A DNA stretch of 61,843 bases, filler included, from 4 parts of 4 records of this genome joined end to end with filler, not necessarily neighbours in it; one strand, 5' to 3'; shown: positions 40,507 through 51,906, counted from the first letter of the whole stretch. Notes: a model not told the origin generated them from the sequence alone. A program made the numbers and translations.

Positions 40507-43013
40507 ATGCATATTGTAAAAGGGTACAGTTCAATTGAAATATTATATGAAGGACGTAAGCATTTAATATTAAAAGCTAAAAAAGATGAAAATGGAAAAA
40601 TTGTAACACTGAAAACTACATCAGATCTTACTGGAACAAGCTGATAATAACGAGAAAAAATATATAGCAACATTGGAATTTTTGTTAAATCTATATGCAG
40701 ATTCTTATTTAATAGGAAGAGATGCAATACTTGCATTTACTTCTGCTATGATGGCTAGATTAGCTATGGACCAGGGGAACAACAGATACACGTCTATTGC
40801 TTATGTTTTATTATGCATCTACTCTATGTGCTATGAACACAGAGCACCATAAAGCTCATGCACTAGGAACAATCGCTGTTAAATTAGCAGAAAAATATGG
40901 AATAGCAACACTTCAAAACTATACGTATCATGTATTCTGTTTAGCAATTAACCACTGGTTACAGCCGCTTAGCAGTGATTATGCATATTGGAAAAAAGCC
41001 TCGGAATTGGAGCTCGCTTCAGGATCACCATATTCAGGTTATGTTTACCTTCAATTAGCTCACGTATTGTTTGCAATGGGAGTATCACTTGGTGAAGTAA
41101 AAAAACAAGTTGATAGATCAAAGAAATTCCTATTAATGCGTGGTCATGAGGGAACAGATTTAATTTTAAAATTAATAGTTGAGCAACCATTAAAATGCTT
41201 AAAAGGACAAACTGACAGCGATACATCTCTTGCTGATGAGAGTTTCAACACTGAAGAATTTATGAAAGGATTTGGCCAATATCCATTTTTTAAAGCATCA
41301 TACTGTTACTCTGAATTAAGATTAAAATATTTATTTGCTGAAACAATTCCGCTTGATGAATTAAATGAAAAGATGGCAGTAATCGAGTCAACACAACAGG
41401 GGCAAATAATCTTAGTTGATTCGTATATGTTTTATGTTTTACATTTAATTACTGCTTTGAGAGAGAGCACAAGTGATGACACGAGTGAAGAGATTCAATT
41501 AATAGAAGAAGCTTTAACTAAAATGGAAGCTTGGGCAGAGCTTAATCCAATAACTTTCAAACATAAATATTTATTACTAAAAGCAGTATATGAAGCGGAA
41601 AACTATAACTCATTTGAAGTAATTGATCTATTTGACGAGGCAACGGATATTGCTATGAACGAGAAATTTACTCAGGATGCGGCGCTGATTTGTGAGGAAG
41701 CAGCTAAATTCTGGCTAAAGAATAAAAAATCTCATTTAGCTAAACCTTATTTGGAGAGAGCGTATGTTCTATATGAAAGATGGGGAGCTAAAACAAAACT
41801 CTATCAATTAAATAAAGTACATACGAGCCTGCTAAAAACAATTACCGAAAGAGAAAACTCAATCGAATCATTATTTAATGAATCAACAAGTAGTTTGATA
41901 AGAACATCGTCATTTTCAGATAAACTAGATTTCTTATCAATAATTAAAGCTTCACAGGCTATCTCAAAGCATATGAATGTGCAAAAACTAACTCAGGAAT
42001 TAACATCTATTGTTGTGGAAAATGCAGGAGCTACAAAAGGAATTTTGATACTTAAAGATAATGAGATATATAAAATCAAAAATATCTTCTATAAAGATGA
42101 AAAAACTACAAGTCATGAGATAGTTGATCTAGCTTTCGAAAGATCGAATGAATTGTCTCAAGCAATAGTAAATTATACGATAAGAACTCAGAAAGATGTA
42201 GTTTTGGATCAAGCCTTCTCTGATATGCAATTTGCAAGTTGTTCATATATTCAAAAGCACAAAATATCATCTATTTGTTGCTTACCGATTATGCATCAGG
42301 ATCAGATTCGAGGTTTAATCTATTTGGAGAATGATCAAGTGCAATCAGCATTCAAAATGGACAGAATTAAAATAATTCATTTATTAGCTTCACAGGCTAC
42401 TATCTCAATGGAAAATGCAAAAGTATATAATCAGTTAGATGAATTGAATAAAAATCTGGAAGAAAAAGTTAAGGAGAGAACATACGAGCTGTATGAGAAA
42501 AATACTTTACTAAATAAGATTAATTTAGAACTGGAGCGTTTATCTATCACTGATCAATTGACTAATATCTTCAACAGAAGATATATTGAGGATAAATTGG
42601 AAAAAGAGATAGAGTTATGCCGACGATATAATAAATCAATGGCTGTAATTCTATTAGATGTGGATCACTTCAAGCATGTAAATGATACCTATGGACATGG
42701 AGCTGGTGATGAAGTGCTTATTCAAATATCATCAACTTTAAAAAATTTGCTACAAGTTACGGAATCATTAGGTAGATGGGGAGGAGAGGAGTTTATCCTT
42801 GTCATTCCTGATGCTGCTAATATTGAAGTATTAGCAGAAAAATGTCGAGAAGTAGTAGAAGCGTTAAATCATCCTGTAGTAGGTAAAGTAACAATAAGTC
42901 TTGGGGTTGCTATATTTACAGAAAATGATAATCCAACGACAATTGTGAGTAGAGCAGATGAGGCCCTATATGAAGCAAAAGAAGCGGGACGTAATCAGGT
43001 AAAATTTAAATAA
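40507..43013 (+). pseudogene. Decayed Ser/Thr-kinase/AAA-GAF-GGDEF sensor diguanylate cyclase (internal deletion plus frameshift; GAF-GGDEF part still open at 40797-43013)
   Basis: Three pieces in three frames: a 45-codon kinase-type N-terminus (40507-40644), a helical fragment (about 40628-40808), and a 738-codon ORF collinear with the C-terminal half of the 1985-aa paralog and ending in GRWGGEEF. Confidence 0.8.
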
Positions 43014-43143
43014 TAAAAAAATAGTCGATTTCTTGAGATTTCGGCTATTTTTTTATCTTGCTTGATTTATTAGTTCACTTCTTAAAATTTATACTAAAAG
43101 AGTATAATCATCTCATAAGATCTGAGATGAGGAGGAAATAGTT

Positions 43144-44181
43144 ATGAAAAGTGAGAGAATCAAATTTATTGACTTAGCAAGAGGCTTTGCAATTTTATTT
43201 ATGATAATGGTTCATGTATTAGGGAGTTTAAGCAGTGAAGATGTTTATGATTCTTTATTTGGTGAAATAATTGACTTTTTAGGAAGTCCGCCGGCAGCTC
43301 CCGTATTTATGTTTTTAATGGGAACGTCACTGATATTATCAAAAAACCTTAGCGTAAGAAAGGGAGTAAATAGAGGCCTGAAACTTTTAGCATTAGCTTA
43401 CATACTTAATATTCTAAGGTCTATTTTACCAGCGTTGTTATTTGAAAATCACGATACGAAATTTCTTGTAACAGAATTTTTTGTAATAGATATTTTACAA
43501 TTTTCAGGTTTAGCTATTATAATTTTATCAATCATTCGTAAATATATTAGAAAGCCATTAATTTGGATAGGGATTGGGATAACAATAGCATTTATATCAC
43601 CATTTATTTGGGGTAAAATGTCAGGTAACCCTGTATTAGATTGGTTATTAACCTTATTATGGGGACTTGGAGGAGAAAATGTAGCCTTTCCTGTATTACC
43701 TTGGTTATCATTTCCATTGTTTGGTATGGCATTTGGTCATTGGCTAAAAGAAGCAAAGGATCAAAAGAAGTTTGTGAGAAAAGCAGGTATTATTGGTGGA
43801 ATAATAATGATACCAACTTCAATTTTAGTACTTTCAAATTATGATTTTCATATTAGTGATTATTGAAGAATGGGATATGGTGGAATTTTCTGGATGACAG
43901 GATTCGTATTAGTAGAGTTATATGTGACGGATTTATTAGTCAGATATTGTCCAACAAATAAATTCTTTGACATATTATATTATTGGAGCACACGTGTAAC
44001 GGTATTATATGTACTTCACTGGATAATAATTGGTTGGGTTTCATCAGCAATTGTTGTAAATACTATTATACTATCCTCACTTATGATGATAGTAATAATT
44101 ATAGTAAGCCATATTGTAACCTGGTTATGGGCTGATAAATTGATGAGTAATTTTAAGAGAAAAAAGATTAGAGTAATATAA
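43144..44181 (+). pseudogene. DUF1624/HGSNAT-like membrane acyltransferase interrupted by an in-frame TGA
   Basis: IDLARGFAILFMIMVH, PAAPVFMFLMG, DILQFSG and FPVLPW. The same frame continues through TGA 43864-43866 (DY*RMG) to TAA 44181, followed by a terminator. Confidence 0.8.
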
Positions 44182-44565
44182 TATTAATTTCGAGCGTAGT
44201 ATGTACTGCGCTCTTTTTTATATTTAATAATTAAATATTATATCTTTAATTCAGTATATTAATATATAAACATGTGTTCGTAATTTTAAGATGATTATAG
44301 TATAATTAAAATTGAAATAGAATATCTTTGAGTAAGATCGAATAATAAGGAACAGAGAAAAAATGGAATAGAAAGTAGCTAACTCAATATATTATGACCT
44401 ATATTTTTTTAAAAAACTAGATTAAGATAACTAATATAAATAACTTATTGCAACTATAAGGAATAAAAAATATAAGGTCACGTAAATTTTTTTTTGAAAA
44501 AAACAAAATATGATGTAATATATTAACAAGCTTAACTAACATTATATTTTAAAAGGACGTGGAAT

Positions 44566-45561
44566 ATGGGTTTATACTCTGAAGCATATGATATAAAAAA
44601 TACCAGAATTTTAATAGTTGATGACAATACAAATAATATTCAAGTTTTGGGAACCATTTTAAGAAAACAAGGATTTCTTGTTAATGTAGCTCTTAATGGA
44701 AGTGAAGCACTAAAAAGAATAAAAAAGAATAAACCTGATCTAATTTTACTTGATGTATTTATGCCTGAAATGGATGGCTTCGAAGTATGTAAAAGAATAA
44801 AAGAAGATGTAGATATAAATAATATACCTATAATCTTTCTAAGTGCCTTAGTAAGTAATGAAGATAAAATAAAAGGATTTGAAGCTGGAGGCGTTGATTA
44901 TGTTACCAAACCTTTTAATGAACTAGAATTAAAAGCAAGAATAAATACTCATTTGAATTTAGTATTTGCGTATAGAGAACTAGAATATAATAATGATATT
45001 TTGGCAAAAATAAATAATGAAGTAAAAGAAAAGAATCTACAGTTAAAAAATGCTATGTCAGAATTAGACATATTAGCAAAAACAGACCCGCTTACAAATA
45101 CTTTTAATAGAAGATATCTTTATGAAAAACTTGAACTTGAGATAAGTAAATATCAAAACTCAAATAAAGAATTCTCTATAATTATGGGGGATATAGATTT
45201 TTTTAAGGATTTTAATGATATTTATGGTCATCTTTGCGGAGATTCTATCCTCAAAATTTTACCTGAACTTATGAATATACATCTAAGGGGAAAAGATGAA
45301 ATTGCAAGATGGGGAGGAGAGGAGTTTTTAATCCTTCTTCCAGAAACTGATATAACTACAGCTAGCAAAATTGCTGATAATATGAGGAAACAAATCAAAC
45401 AAAATATATTTAAATTTGGAAATAATAAGTTAAAATTAACATTGACTTTTGGAGTAACAGAATATAAAGAAGAGTTAAATATAGATGATCTAATTAAAAA
45501 TGTTGATGACGCTTTGTACAAAGGAAAAAGAAATGGTAGAAATTGTGTTGTAGTTGTATAA
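44566..45561 (+). CDS. Response regulator-diguanylate cyclase (REC-GGDEF)
   Basis: ILIVDD, LLDVFMP, KPF; RGKD I-site and RWGGEEF. Confidence 0.95.
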   Translation: MGLYSEAYDIKNTRILIVDDNTNNIQVLGTILRKQGFLVNVALNGSEALKRIKKNKPDLILLDVFMPEMDGFEVCKRIKEDVDINNIPIIFLSALVSNEDKIKGFEAGGVDYVTKPFNELELKARINTHLNLVFAYRELEYNNDILAKINNEVKEKNLQLKNAMSELDILAKTDPLTNTFNRRYLYEKLELEISKYQNSNKEFSIIMGDIDFFKDFNDIYGHLCGDSILKILPELMNIHLRGKDEIARWGGEEFLILLPETDITTASKIADNMRKQIKQNIFKFGNNKLKLTLTFGVTEYKEELNIDDLIKNVDDALYKGKRNGRNCVVVV

Positions 45562-45625
45562 AGTATTTAAATTTATTGTGATATTAACTAAGCATGGAAT
45601 ATAGAACTTAACTAAGGAGGCAGCA

Positions 45626-48600
45626 ATGAGAATAGCCGATTATGAAATACTTTCGCTTATTAATGAATCTGAAGAATTTAAAATTTACAAAGTAAGAAAA
45701 GGGAATAGCATAAATGAGTTTATTTTAAAAGTAACTGCTAAAGATTTTCCCGCAAATTCAGAAATAAAAAAAATAGAAAATGAATTTAAATTCGGGACTA
45801 AAATAAAAAATAAAAATATTATTAACTATATTGAAATCTTTGACTATAATAAGGGAGCTGCATTAGTCAGAGAGTTTTTTTTGAGTGATACATTGAGTAC
45901 TCTAATTAAATCCAGTGATCAGAATAAACTTGATTTAAATCATATTAAGAAATTTCTTGAAATATCTATTCAAATTGCAGAAACTTTGGAAACGCTTCAC
46001 AAAAACGGTATTATTTACAAAAACTGGAGTCCGGAAAATATCTTATATAATAAAGATAATGGAAATTTAAAAATCATAGATTTCAAAAAAGCTGCTTATA
46101 TGGTAAATGAGAATATTATGACAAAAAATTATGATTTTTCTAATAATTTTCTGTCATATATTTCTCCAGAATTAACGGGCAGAATAAACAGGATTCCGGA
46201 TGGAAGAAGTGATCTGTACTCTATGGGAGTCATTTTATATGAAATGTTTCTAGGAAAAATACCTTTTGAGAATAGTGATCCTATTGAATTAATTTATTCG
46301 CATATAGCCGAATCTATAAATGATCCTGCATCTGAAAATAGCTCTCTTCCACTAATAATTTCAAAGATAATTGTAAAATTATTATCTAAAAATCCTGAGG
46401 AACGATATCAAACTGCAACAGGTATAAAACTTGATTTACAGAAATGTCTGAATCAAGTAAATGAAATTAAAACACTTGAATTTAAATTAGCTGAAGAAGA
46501 TTTTTCAGATAAGTTTATTATTCCTGAAAAACTCTATGGAAGAACAAAAGAGATAGAGCTTCTTTTAACTTCATTTGATAATATCAGCTCAAAAAAATCT
46601 GAAATATTCTTGATCTCAGGAGAACCCGGGATAGGAAAATCTTCTCTTGTTAGAGAAATCAGTCGCCAAATTGTTGAAAAAAATTCTTATTTTATTTCAG
46701 GGAAATTCGAGCAATTCCAAAGTGATGTTCCATACAGTGCCATTGTTTATGCTGTTGTTGATTTTGTAAATCAAATTTTACTTGAAACTTCAAATAGACT
46801 TGAGTATTGGAAAGAGAAAATATTAACAGCTGTAGGTTCAAACGGGAAAGTACTGACAGATGTTATCCCTTCTCTTGAATTAGTAATTGGCAAGCAACCT
46901 GAGGTACCTATTCTAGGTGCAAGTGAAACTTCAAATAGACTTAATTTAGTTTTTGAAAATTTTATCGAATGTATTGCTACAAAAGAAAATCCTTTAGTTA
47001 TGTTTATTGATGATTGGCAGTGGGCAGATTCTGCAAGTTTAAATTTTATTAAAAATCTATCGAGAAACAAAGAAGATCAAGCTTTGCTTACAATTGGAGC
47101 GTACAGAGACAATGATCTAGAATTAATTAAACCTGTTCTCTTATTGGTAGATGAATTTATTGAAAAAAATATCGTGAAGTCAGTAGTTCACCTTGATGAT
47201 ATTAATGAAATTGATATTATAAATTTATTGGAAGATACTTTGAAATTCTCATCTGATAAAACTTTAGAAATTGAAGAATTAGCTGAATTTATAAAGAAAA
47301 AAACAGGAGGGAATCCTTTCTTTGTTAAGCAGTTTTTAAAGGAACTATATAATAATCAAAATATTTATTTTGACTATGACATGAGATATTGGAAATGGGA
47401 TACGGAAAAGATTAAAAATTTAACAATTACAGATAATGTCGTAGAGCTTTTAATAAAAAAAATTGAGCAATTAAACCCAAAAACAATTAATACCTTAAAA
47501 TATGGAGCTTGTCTTGGTAAATATTTTAATTCTAATATTTTAAAGAAGTTACTTAAACAAGCATTGGATGATATTGCAGCAGATATTCAACCGGCAATAA
47601 CTCAAGGTTTGATATATATATTTGAAAAAGAAGAGGAAAACAAAAATATTGAAATAGAGTTTAAATTTATCCATGATCGAATTGAGCAAGCTGTTTATTC
47701 ACTTATTAATAATGAAAATAGACAAGAGATGCATTTACAAATAGGGCATATTTTATTAATTGATCAAGATAATAAACGAGAAAATATTTTTGAAATAGTT
47801 AAACACCTAAATATAGGAAAAAAACTAATAGTCGACAGTGAAGAGTTATTAAATTTAGCACAATTAAATCTAGAAGCAGGTTTGGCAGCAAAGAAATCTG
47901 CTGCATATGAATCAGCATATAAATATTTTAACTTAGCATTGCAATTATTGAATCAAAATCGCTGGCTTGAGCATTATAAATTAACACTAGATGTTTATAC
48001 AAATTTAGTCGAGATTTGCTCTTTAACTGGTAAATATGAATTGATGGATGAGTATTCAGAAATTGTTTTAAATACTGCAAATTCTATAATTGATAAAATA
48101 CCGATTTATAAAATTAAGATACAGGCTTATCAAGTTCAATTAAAATTACAAGAAGCTTTAATTTTATGTAAAGAGGGCTTAAAATTAACTGGTATAGATA
48201 TTCCTGATGAACCTAAGAAAGAAGATATTAATAAAAATATTATAGCTATAAAGAAACTCATAGGAAAGAAAAAAATAGAAGATTTAGCAAAACTGCCTCA
48301 AATGGAAGATCCAAAAAATGTGGCAGCTGTAGAGCTATTAGCCGGAAGCATGTCAGTAACATATAAAGCTGCACCAATGTTAACACCTATTGTGGTTTGT
48401 AAAATGATGGAACTTTTATTGAATTATGGAAATAGTTCTTTGTCGGCAGTTGTGTATATGTCATACTCGTTGATGTTGTGTTCAATAACTAATGATATTG
48501 ATTTCAAAGATGAATGGGAGGAAAATATTGACCTAGGTTATAAACTGGGAAGAATTGGCTTGGATATTGTTGAAAAAGAGGATTTAAAACAGCATAAAAC

Positions 48601-51583
48601 GTTGACTCTTGAATTTGATAATTTCGCAATAAAACACTGGAAGGAACATCTAAGTTCAACTCTGGAAGCAAATACTCAAGGCTATTGGTCAGGAATGGAG
48701 AACGGAAATTTTGAATATGCAGGTTATTGCCTTGCATCGTATACTTTTAGTGATTTTTTTATTGGAACCCCATTAAATGAGGTTACTGATGTAATCAGGA
48801 AAAATATTGAAAAGTTAAGAAAAATAGAACATGAATTAACTGAAAACTGGGTTTCAATTTTTGGACAAATGGCGGAAAATCTTCAAGGGGAATCGGAAAA
48901 TAAATTTCTTTTAGAAGGATCGTTCTGTTCAGAGTCTGAGACACTTCCTGTCATAAGTTCAATTGGTGATATGATAGCTATGTTTTTACTTTATTTTTCA
49001 AAGATGCATTTAAATTATTTCTTTGAAGATTATTCTTCAGCGCATAAATTTGCTGAAAAAGCTGAAGAAAATTTACCGGGAATGGCAGGTACTCCACATA
49101 TAGCTGTATTTTATTTTATGGAATCACTTGTTAATCTGGCAATCTATGACTCAGTATCTAGTGAAGAGCAAAAAAAGCTTTTAAGTAAAGTCAATAATAA
49201 TCAATTCAAATTAAAAGAATGGGCAAAACAAGGGCCTACGAATTTGTTACATAAATACTACTTAGTAGAAGCAGAATATAAAAAAATAAACAAAGAATAT
49301 GATAAAGCTGAAAACTATTATATTAAAGCTATAGAATTAGCAAAAGAAAATAAATATTTAAGTGAAGAGGGACTAGCGCATGAACTAGCGGCTAAATTTT
49401 ATTTAGGCTTCGATAATATTGAAAAAACTAAATCACATATTAGAGAAGCATATTTCATATATCAGCGTTGGAATGCTTCGGCTAAAGCTGAGCAAATAAA
49501 ATCTTCATACATACAATTTTTTAGTGATATTAAAGACTCAAATAATGAAAAACCTGACTTTATTGATATGACAGCTTTGCTTAGATCTACACAAGCAATA
49601 TCAAAAGAGATGAATGTTGAATCAATTATTAATAAGCTAATTGATATTCTTACAAAAATAACGGGTGCACAAAAAGTTATCTTTATCCGAAAAGATTTAA
49701 ATGATCTATATATCGAGGCATTTCTTGACAGGGAAAATAATATTAATGATATTTTGAAATCAACTCCAATAGAAGAGTGTAAATGTTTTCCAAAAGCAGC
49801 AGTTTTATACACTGCAAGAACCGGAGAAACAATTTTTTATCCTCAAAAAGGAGAAGAAACTTTATTTAATAAAGATACATATATTGCGAAAAATAAACCG
49901 AAATCATTTTTATCAACTTCGGTAATGTTAAATAATGAAATTAAAGGAACGATATATTTAGAGAATAATTTAATTGAAAATGCTTTTTCTGAGTCTATAA
50001 TTGAAGTTGTTGAAATCTTGGCATCTCAAGCAGCCATTTCTCTTGAAAATGCTGTAATGTATAATACTATGGAAGAAAAAGTAATGGAACGAACTAAGGA
50101 ATTAGAAAAAATAAATGAAGAATTGGAAATTGAAAAAGAAAAAGCTGAAAGTGCAAATAAAGCGAAAAGTGAATTCTTGACCAATGTTTCTCATGAAATA
50201 AGAACGCCCATGAATACAATACTTGGATTTACAGATATAATTAGAAATAAACTGGAAGATCCTAAATTACTTTACTACACAGATGCTGTATATTCAAGCG
50301 GAAAAATTTTATTAAATCTTATAAATGATATTCTTGATTTGTCAAAAATTGAAGCAGGAAAACTATATATTAAACCTGAAGCTACGTCAATTAAACAAAT
50401 TTTTGATGAAATAGAACTTATATTTGAAAATAAAATAAGAGAAAGAGGAATTAACTTTATTAAAACAATTTCAAGTGATATTCCCTCTACACTTCTTATT
50501 GATGAAACAAGATTGAGACAGGTATTAATTAATTTAGTTGGAAATGCTGTTAAGTTTACGAGCAGTGGTTATATCGAAATTTCAGCTGATTATATTCAAA
50601 ACGAAACTTCTAAAACTATTGATTTACTTATATCTGTTAAAGATACGGGGATTGGAATATCTGATGATGAAAAAGAGTCGATATTTTTACCTTTTACCCA
50701 GCTTAACAAAATTATAACTTCAAGCCTTAATGGAACTGGACTTGGGCTTACTATAACCAAAAAACTTCTGGAAGGAATGAATGGAGCTATAAAAGTATCT
50801 AGTGAAGTCGGTAAAGGAAGTAGATTTGATGTGAATATTAGAAATGTTGAGGTTTTAGAAAAAAATAAACAAAAATCAGTAATAGAGAAACAAATTAATC
50901 TTAATTCTATTAAATTTAAAAAGAGTACTGTTATTATTGCTGATGATATTAAGTATAACCGTGAAATATTCATTGAATTCCTAAAAAAATATGATTTTAA
51001 TATTTTAGAAGCAGAAAACGGAAAAGAGATCCTTGATATAATTAATCAGGAAGAGAAGATTGATTTGATTATGCTGGATATTAAAATGCCTGTAATGGAT
51101 GGTTATGAAGTGATTTCAATTCTAAAATCTGATGAAGACACTCAAAATATTCCTATTATGGGAGTAACAGCCTCTTTGCTAAAACATGATGAAACTAAAC
51201 TAAAAAACTTAAGTGACTCATATTTAATCAAACCTGTTAAAAAAGAGGAATTAATACTAAAAATCATGGAATATCTTCCACATGAAATAATTCATGAAAC
51301 TCCAATAAGTGGAATTGTTGACAAAGATATTTTAAATAAAAACTATCTATTGCAATATCCGGCTCTATTAAACTCTATAAATAATGATAAAGAGTATATA
51401 CAAGAATTACTTGAGGATATGGCAATAGATAAAATAGAACATTATGCACAAAAATTATCTAGTAAAGGAAAAGCCGGTAATGCAACTATTGTTGAAAAAT
51501 TTGGAAAAAATCTGTACGATGCTGCAATTTCCTTCAAGATTGATGAAATTAAGTTAATGTTAAAGCAACTATTGGAAATTTAA
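45626..51583 (+). CDS. Multidomain sensor: Ser/Thr kinase-like, AAA/STAND ATPase, helical repeats, GAF, HisKA, HATPase, REC
   Basis: YISPELTGR/DLYSMG kinase C-lobe, GEPGIGKS, FIDDWQWAD, TGGNPFF, GAF (IYLEN...ASQAAIS), SHEIRTPMN, DTGIG, GTGLGL and LDIKMP. Confidence 0.93.
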   Translation: MRIADYEILSLINESEEFKIYKVRKGNSINEFILKVTAKDFPANSEIKKIENEFKFGTKIKNKNIINYIEIFDYNKGAALVREFFLSDTLSTLIKSSDQNKLDLNHIKKFLEISIQIAETLETLHKNGIIYKNWSPENILYNKDNGNLKIIDFKKAAYMVNENIMTKNYDFSNNFLSYISPELTGRINRIPDGRSDLYSMGVILYEMFLGKIPFENSDPIELIYSHIAESINDPASENSSLPLIISKIIVKLLSKNPEERYQTATGIKLDLQKCLNQVNEIKTLEFKLAEEDFSDKFIIPEKLYGRTKEIELLLTSFDNISSKKSEIFLISGEPGIGKSSLVREISRQIVEKNSYFISGKFEQFQSDVPYSAIVYAVVDFVNQILLETSNRLEYWKEKILTAVGSNGKVLTDVIPSLELVIGKQPEVPILGASETSNRLNLVFENFIECIATKENPLVMFIDDWQWADSASLNFIKNLSRNKEDQALLTIGAYRDNDLELIKPVLLLVDEFIEKNIVKSVVHLDDINEIDIINLLEDTLKFSSDKTLEIEELAEFIKKKTGGNPFFVKQFLKELYNNQNIYFDYDMRYWKWDTEKIKNLTITDNVVELLIKKIEQLNPKTINTLKYGACLGKYFNSNILKKLLKQALDDIAADIQPAITQGLIYIFEKEEENKNIEIEFKFIHDRIEQAVYSLINNENRQEMHLQIGHILLIDQDNKRENIFEIVKHLNIGKKLIVDSEELLNLAQLNLEAGLAAKKSAAYESAYKYFNLALQLLNQNRWLEHYKLTLDVYTNLVEICSLTGKYELMDEYSEIVLNTANSIIDKIPIYKIKIQAYQVQLKLQEALILCKEGLKLTGIDIPDEPKKEDINKNIIAIKKLIGKKKIEDLAKLPQMEDPKNVAAVELLAGSMSVTYKAAPMLTPIVVCKMMELLLNYGNSSLSAVVYMSYSLMLCSITNDIDFKDEWEENIDLGYKLGRIGLDIVEKEDLKQHKTLTLEFDNFAIKHWKEHLSSTLEANTQGYWSGMENGNFEYAGYCLASYTFSDFFIGTPLNEVTDVIRKNIEKLRKIEHELTENWVSIFGQMAENLQGESENKFLLEGSFCSESETLPVISSIGDMIAMFLLYFSKMHLNYFFEDYSSAHKFAEKAEENLPGMAGTPHIAVFYFMESLVNLAIYDSVSSEEQKKLLSKVNNNQFKLKEWAKQGPTNLLHKYYLVEAEYKKINKEYDKAENYYIKAIELAKENKYLSEEGLAHELAAKFYLGFDNIEKTKSHIREAYFIYQRWNASAKAEQIKSSYIQFFSDIKDSNNEKPDFIDMTALLRSTQAISKEMNVESIINKLIDILTKITGAQKVIFIRKDLNDLYIEAFLDRENNINDILKSTPIEECKCFPKAAVLYTARTGETIFYPQKGEETLFNKDTYIAKNKPKSFLSTSVMLNNEIKGTIYLENNLIENAFSESIIEVVEILASQAAISLENAVMYNTMEEKVMERTKELEKINEELEIEKEKAESANKAKSEFLTNVSHEIRTPMNTILGFTDIIRNKLEDPKLLYYTDAVYSSGKILLNLINDILDLSKIEAGKLYIKPEATSIKQIFDEIELIFENKIRERGINFIKTISSDIPSTLLIDETRLRQVLINLVGNAVKFTSSGYIEISADYIQNETSKTIDLLISVKDTGIGISDDEKESIFLPFTQLNKIITSSLNGTGLGLTITKKLLEGMNGAIKVSSEVGKGSRFDVNIRNVEVLEKNKQKSVIEKQINLNSIKFKKSTVIIADDIKYNREIFIEFLKKYDFNILEAENGKEILDIINQEEKIDLIMLDIKMPVMDGYEVISILKSDEDTQNIPIMGVTASLLKHDETKLKNLSDSYLIKPVKKEELILKIMEYLPHEIIHETPISGIVDKDILNKNYLLQYPALLNSINNDKEYIQELLEDMAIDKIEHYAQKLSSKGKAGNATIVEKFGKNLYDAAISFKIDEIKLMLKQLLEI

Positions 51584-51644
51584 ACTTTTATAAAGAGAGT
51601 GAATGAAAAATAATATTTCATTCCTCTCTTTTAAAATTATAATT

Positions 51645-51683
51645 GGCCTCCCGCCCACATTTAAGCTCTAAACCCCCGCTAAG
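51645..51683. repeat. Degenerate Tn3-family terminal inverted repeat
   Basis: GGCCTCCCGCCCACATTTAAGCTCTAAACCCCCGCTAAG is a GC-rich 39-mer in AT-rich DNA. It ends in CGCTAAG and lies correctly oriented just beyond the tnpA relic stop. Confidence 0.7.
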
Positions 51684-51730
51684 GATAAAGAAGTAGAAGT
51701 TTTGGTAATTCGAACCCTTTAAGCAACTTA

Positions 51731-51906
51731 CTATTCTTCACTTATTAGGTTTAGAGGTCTTAGTTTATCAGATTCTAAATTTGATATTGAGCTAAAATAA
51801 ATATTGTTTTTTCAATTCTTCCCATTTCTCTTAAAGCTGCTGCCAAACTATTTCTTCTGGCATAAGAACCTAGTTTCCCCATAATCAATGAATCTGTTAC
51901 TTTATT
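51731..51906 (-). mobile_element. tnpA: Tn3-family transposase relic
   Basis: Manual translation gives [38 protein letters not shown], then in another frame [17 protein letters not shown]. Both are hallmark Tn3 TnpA segments. Confidence 0.85.

Noticed and set aside
43144..44181. Alternative genetic code (TGA=Trp/Gly) or selenocysteine in segment 3
   Set aside because: The 1985-aa gene and other long genes in this AT-rich contig use TGG and contain no in-frame TGA. The context is not a Cys/redox site and I see no SECIS-like hairpin.
6640..44181. A joint amino-sugar system linking the nag cluster and the HGSNAT-like acyltransferase
   Set aside because: The genes are on different contigs from different organisms.
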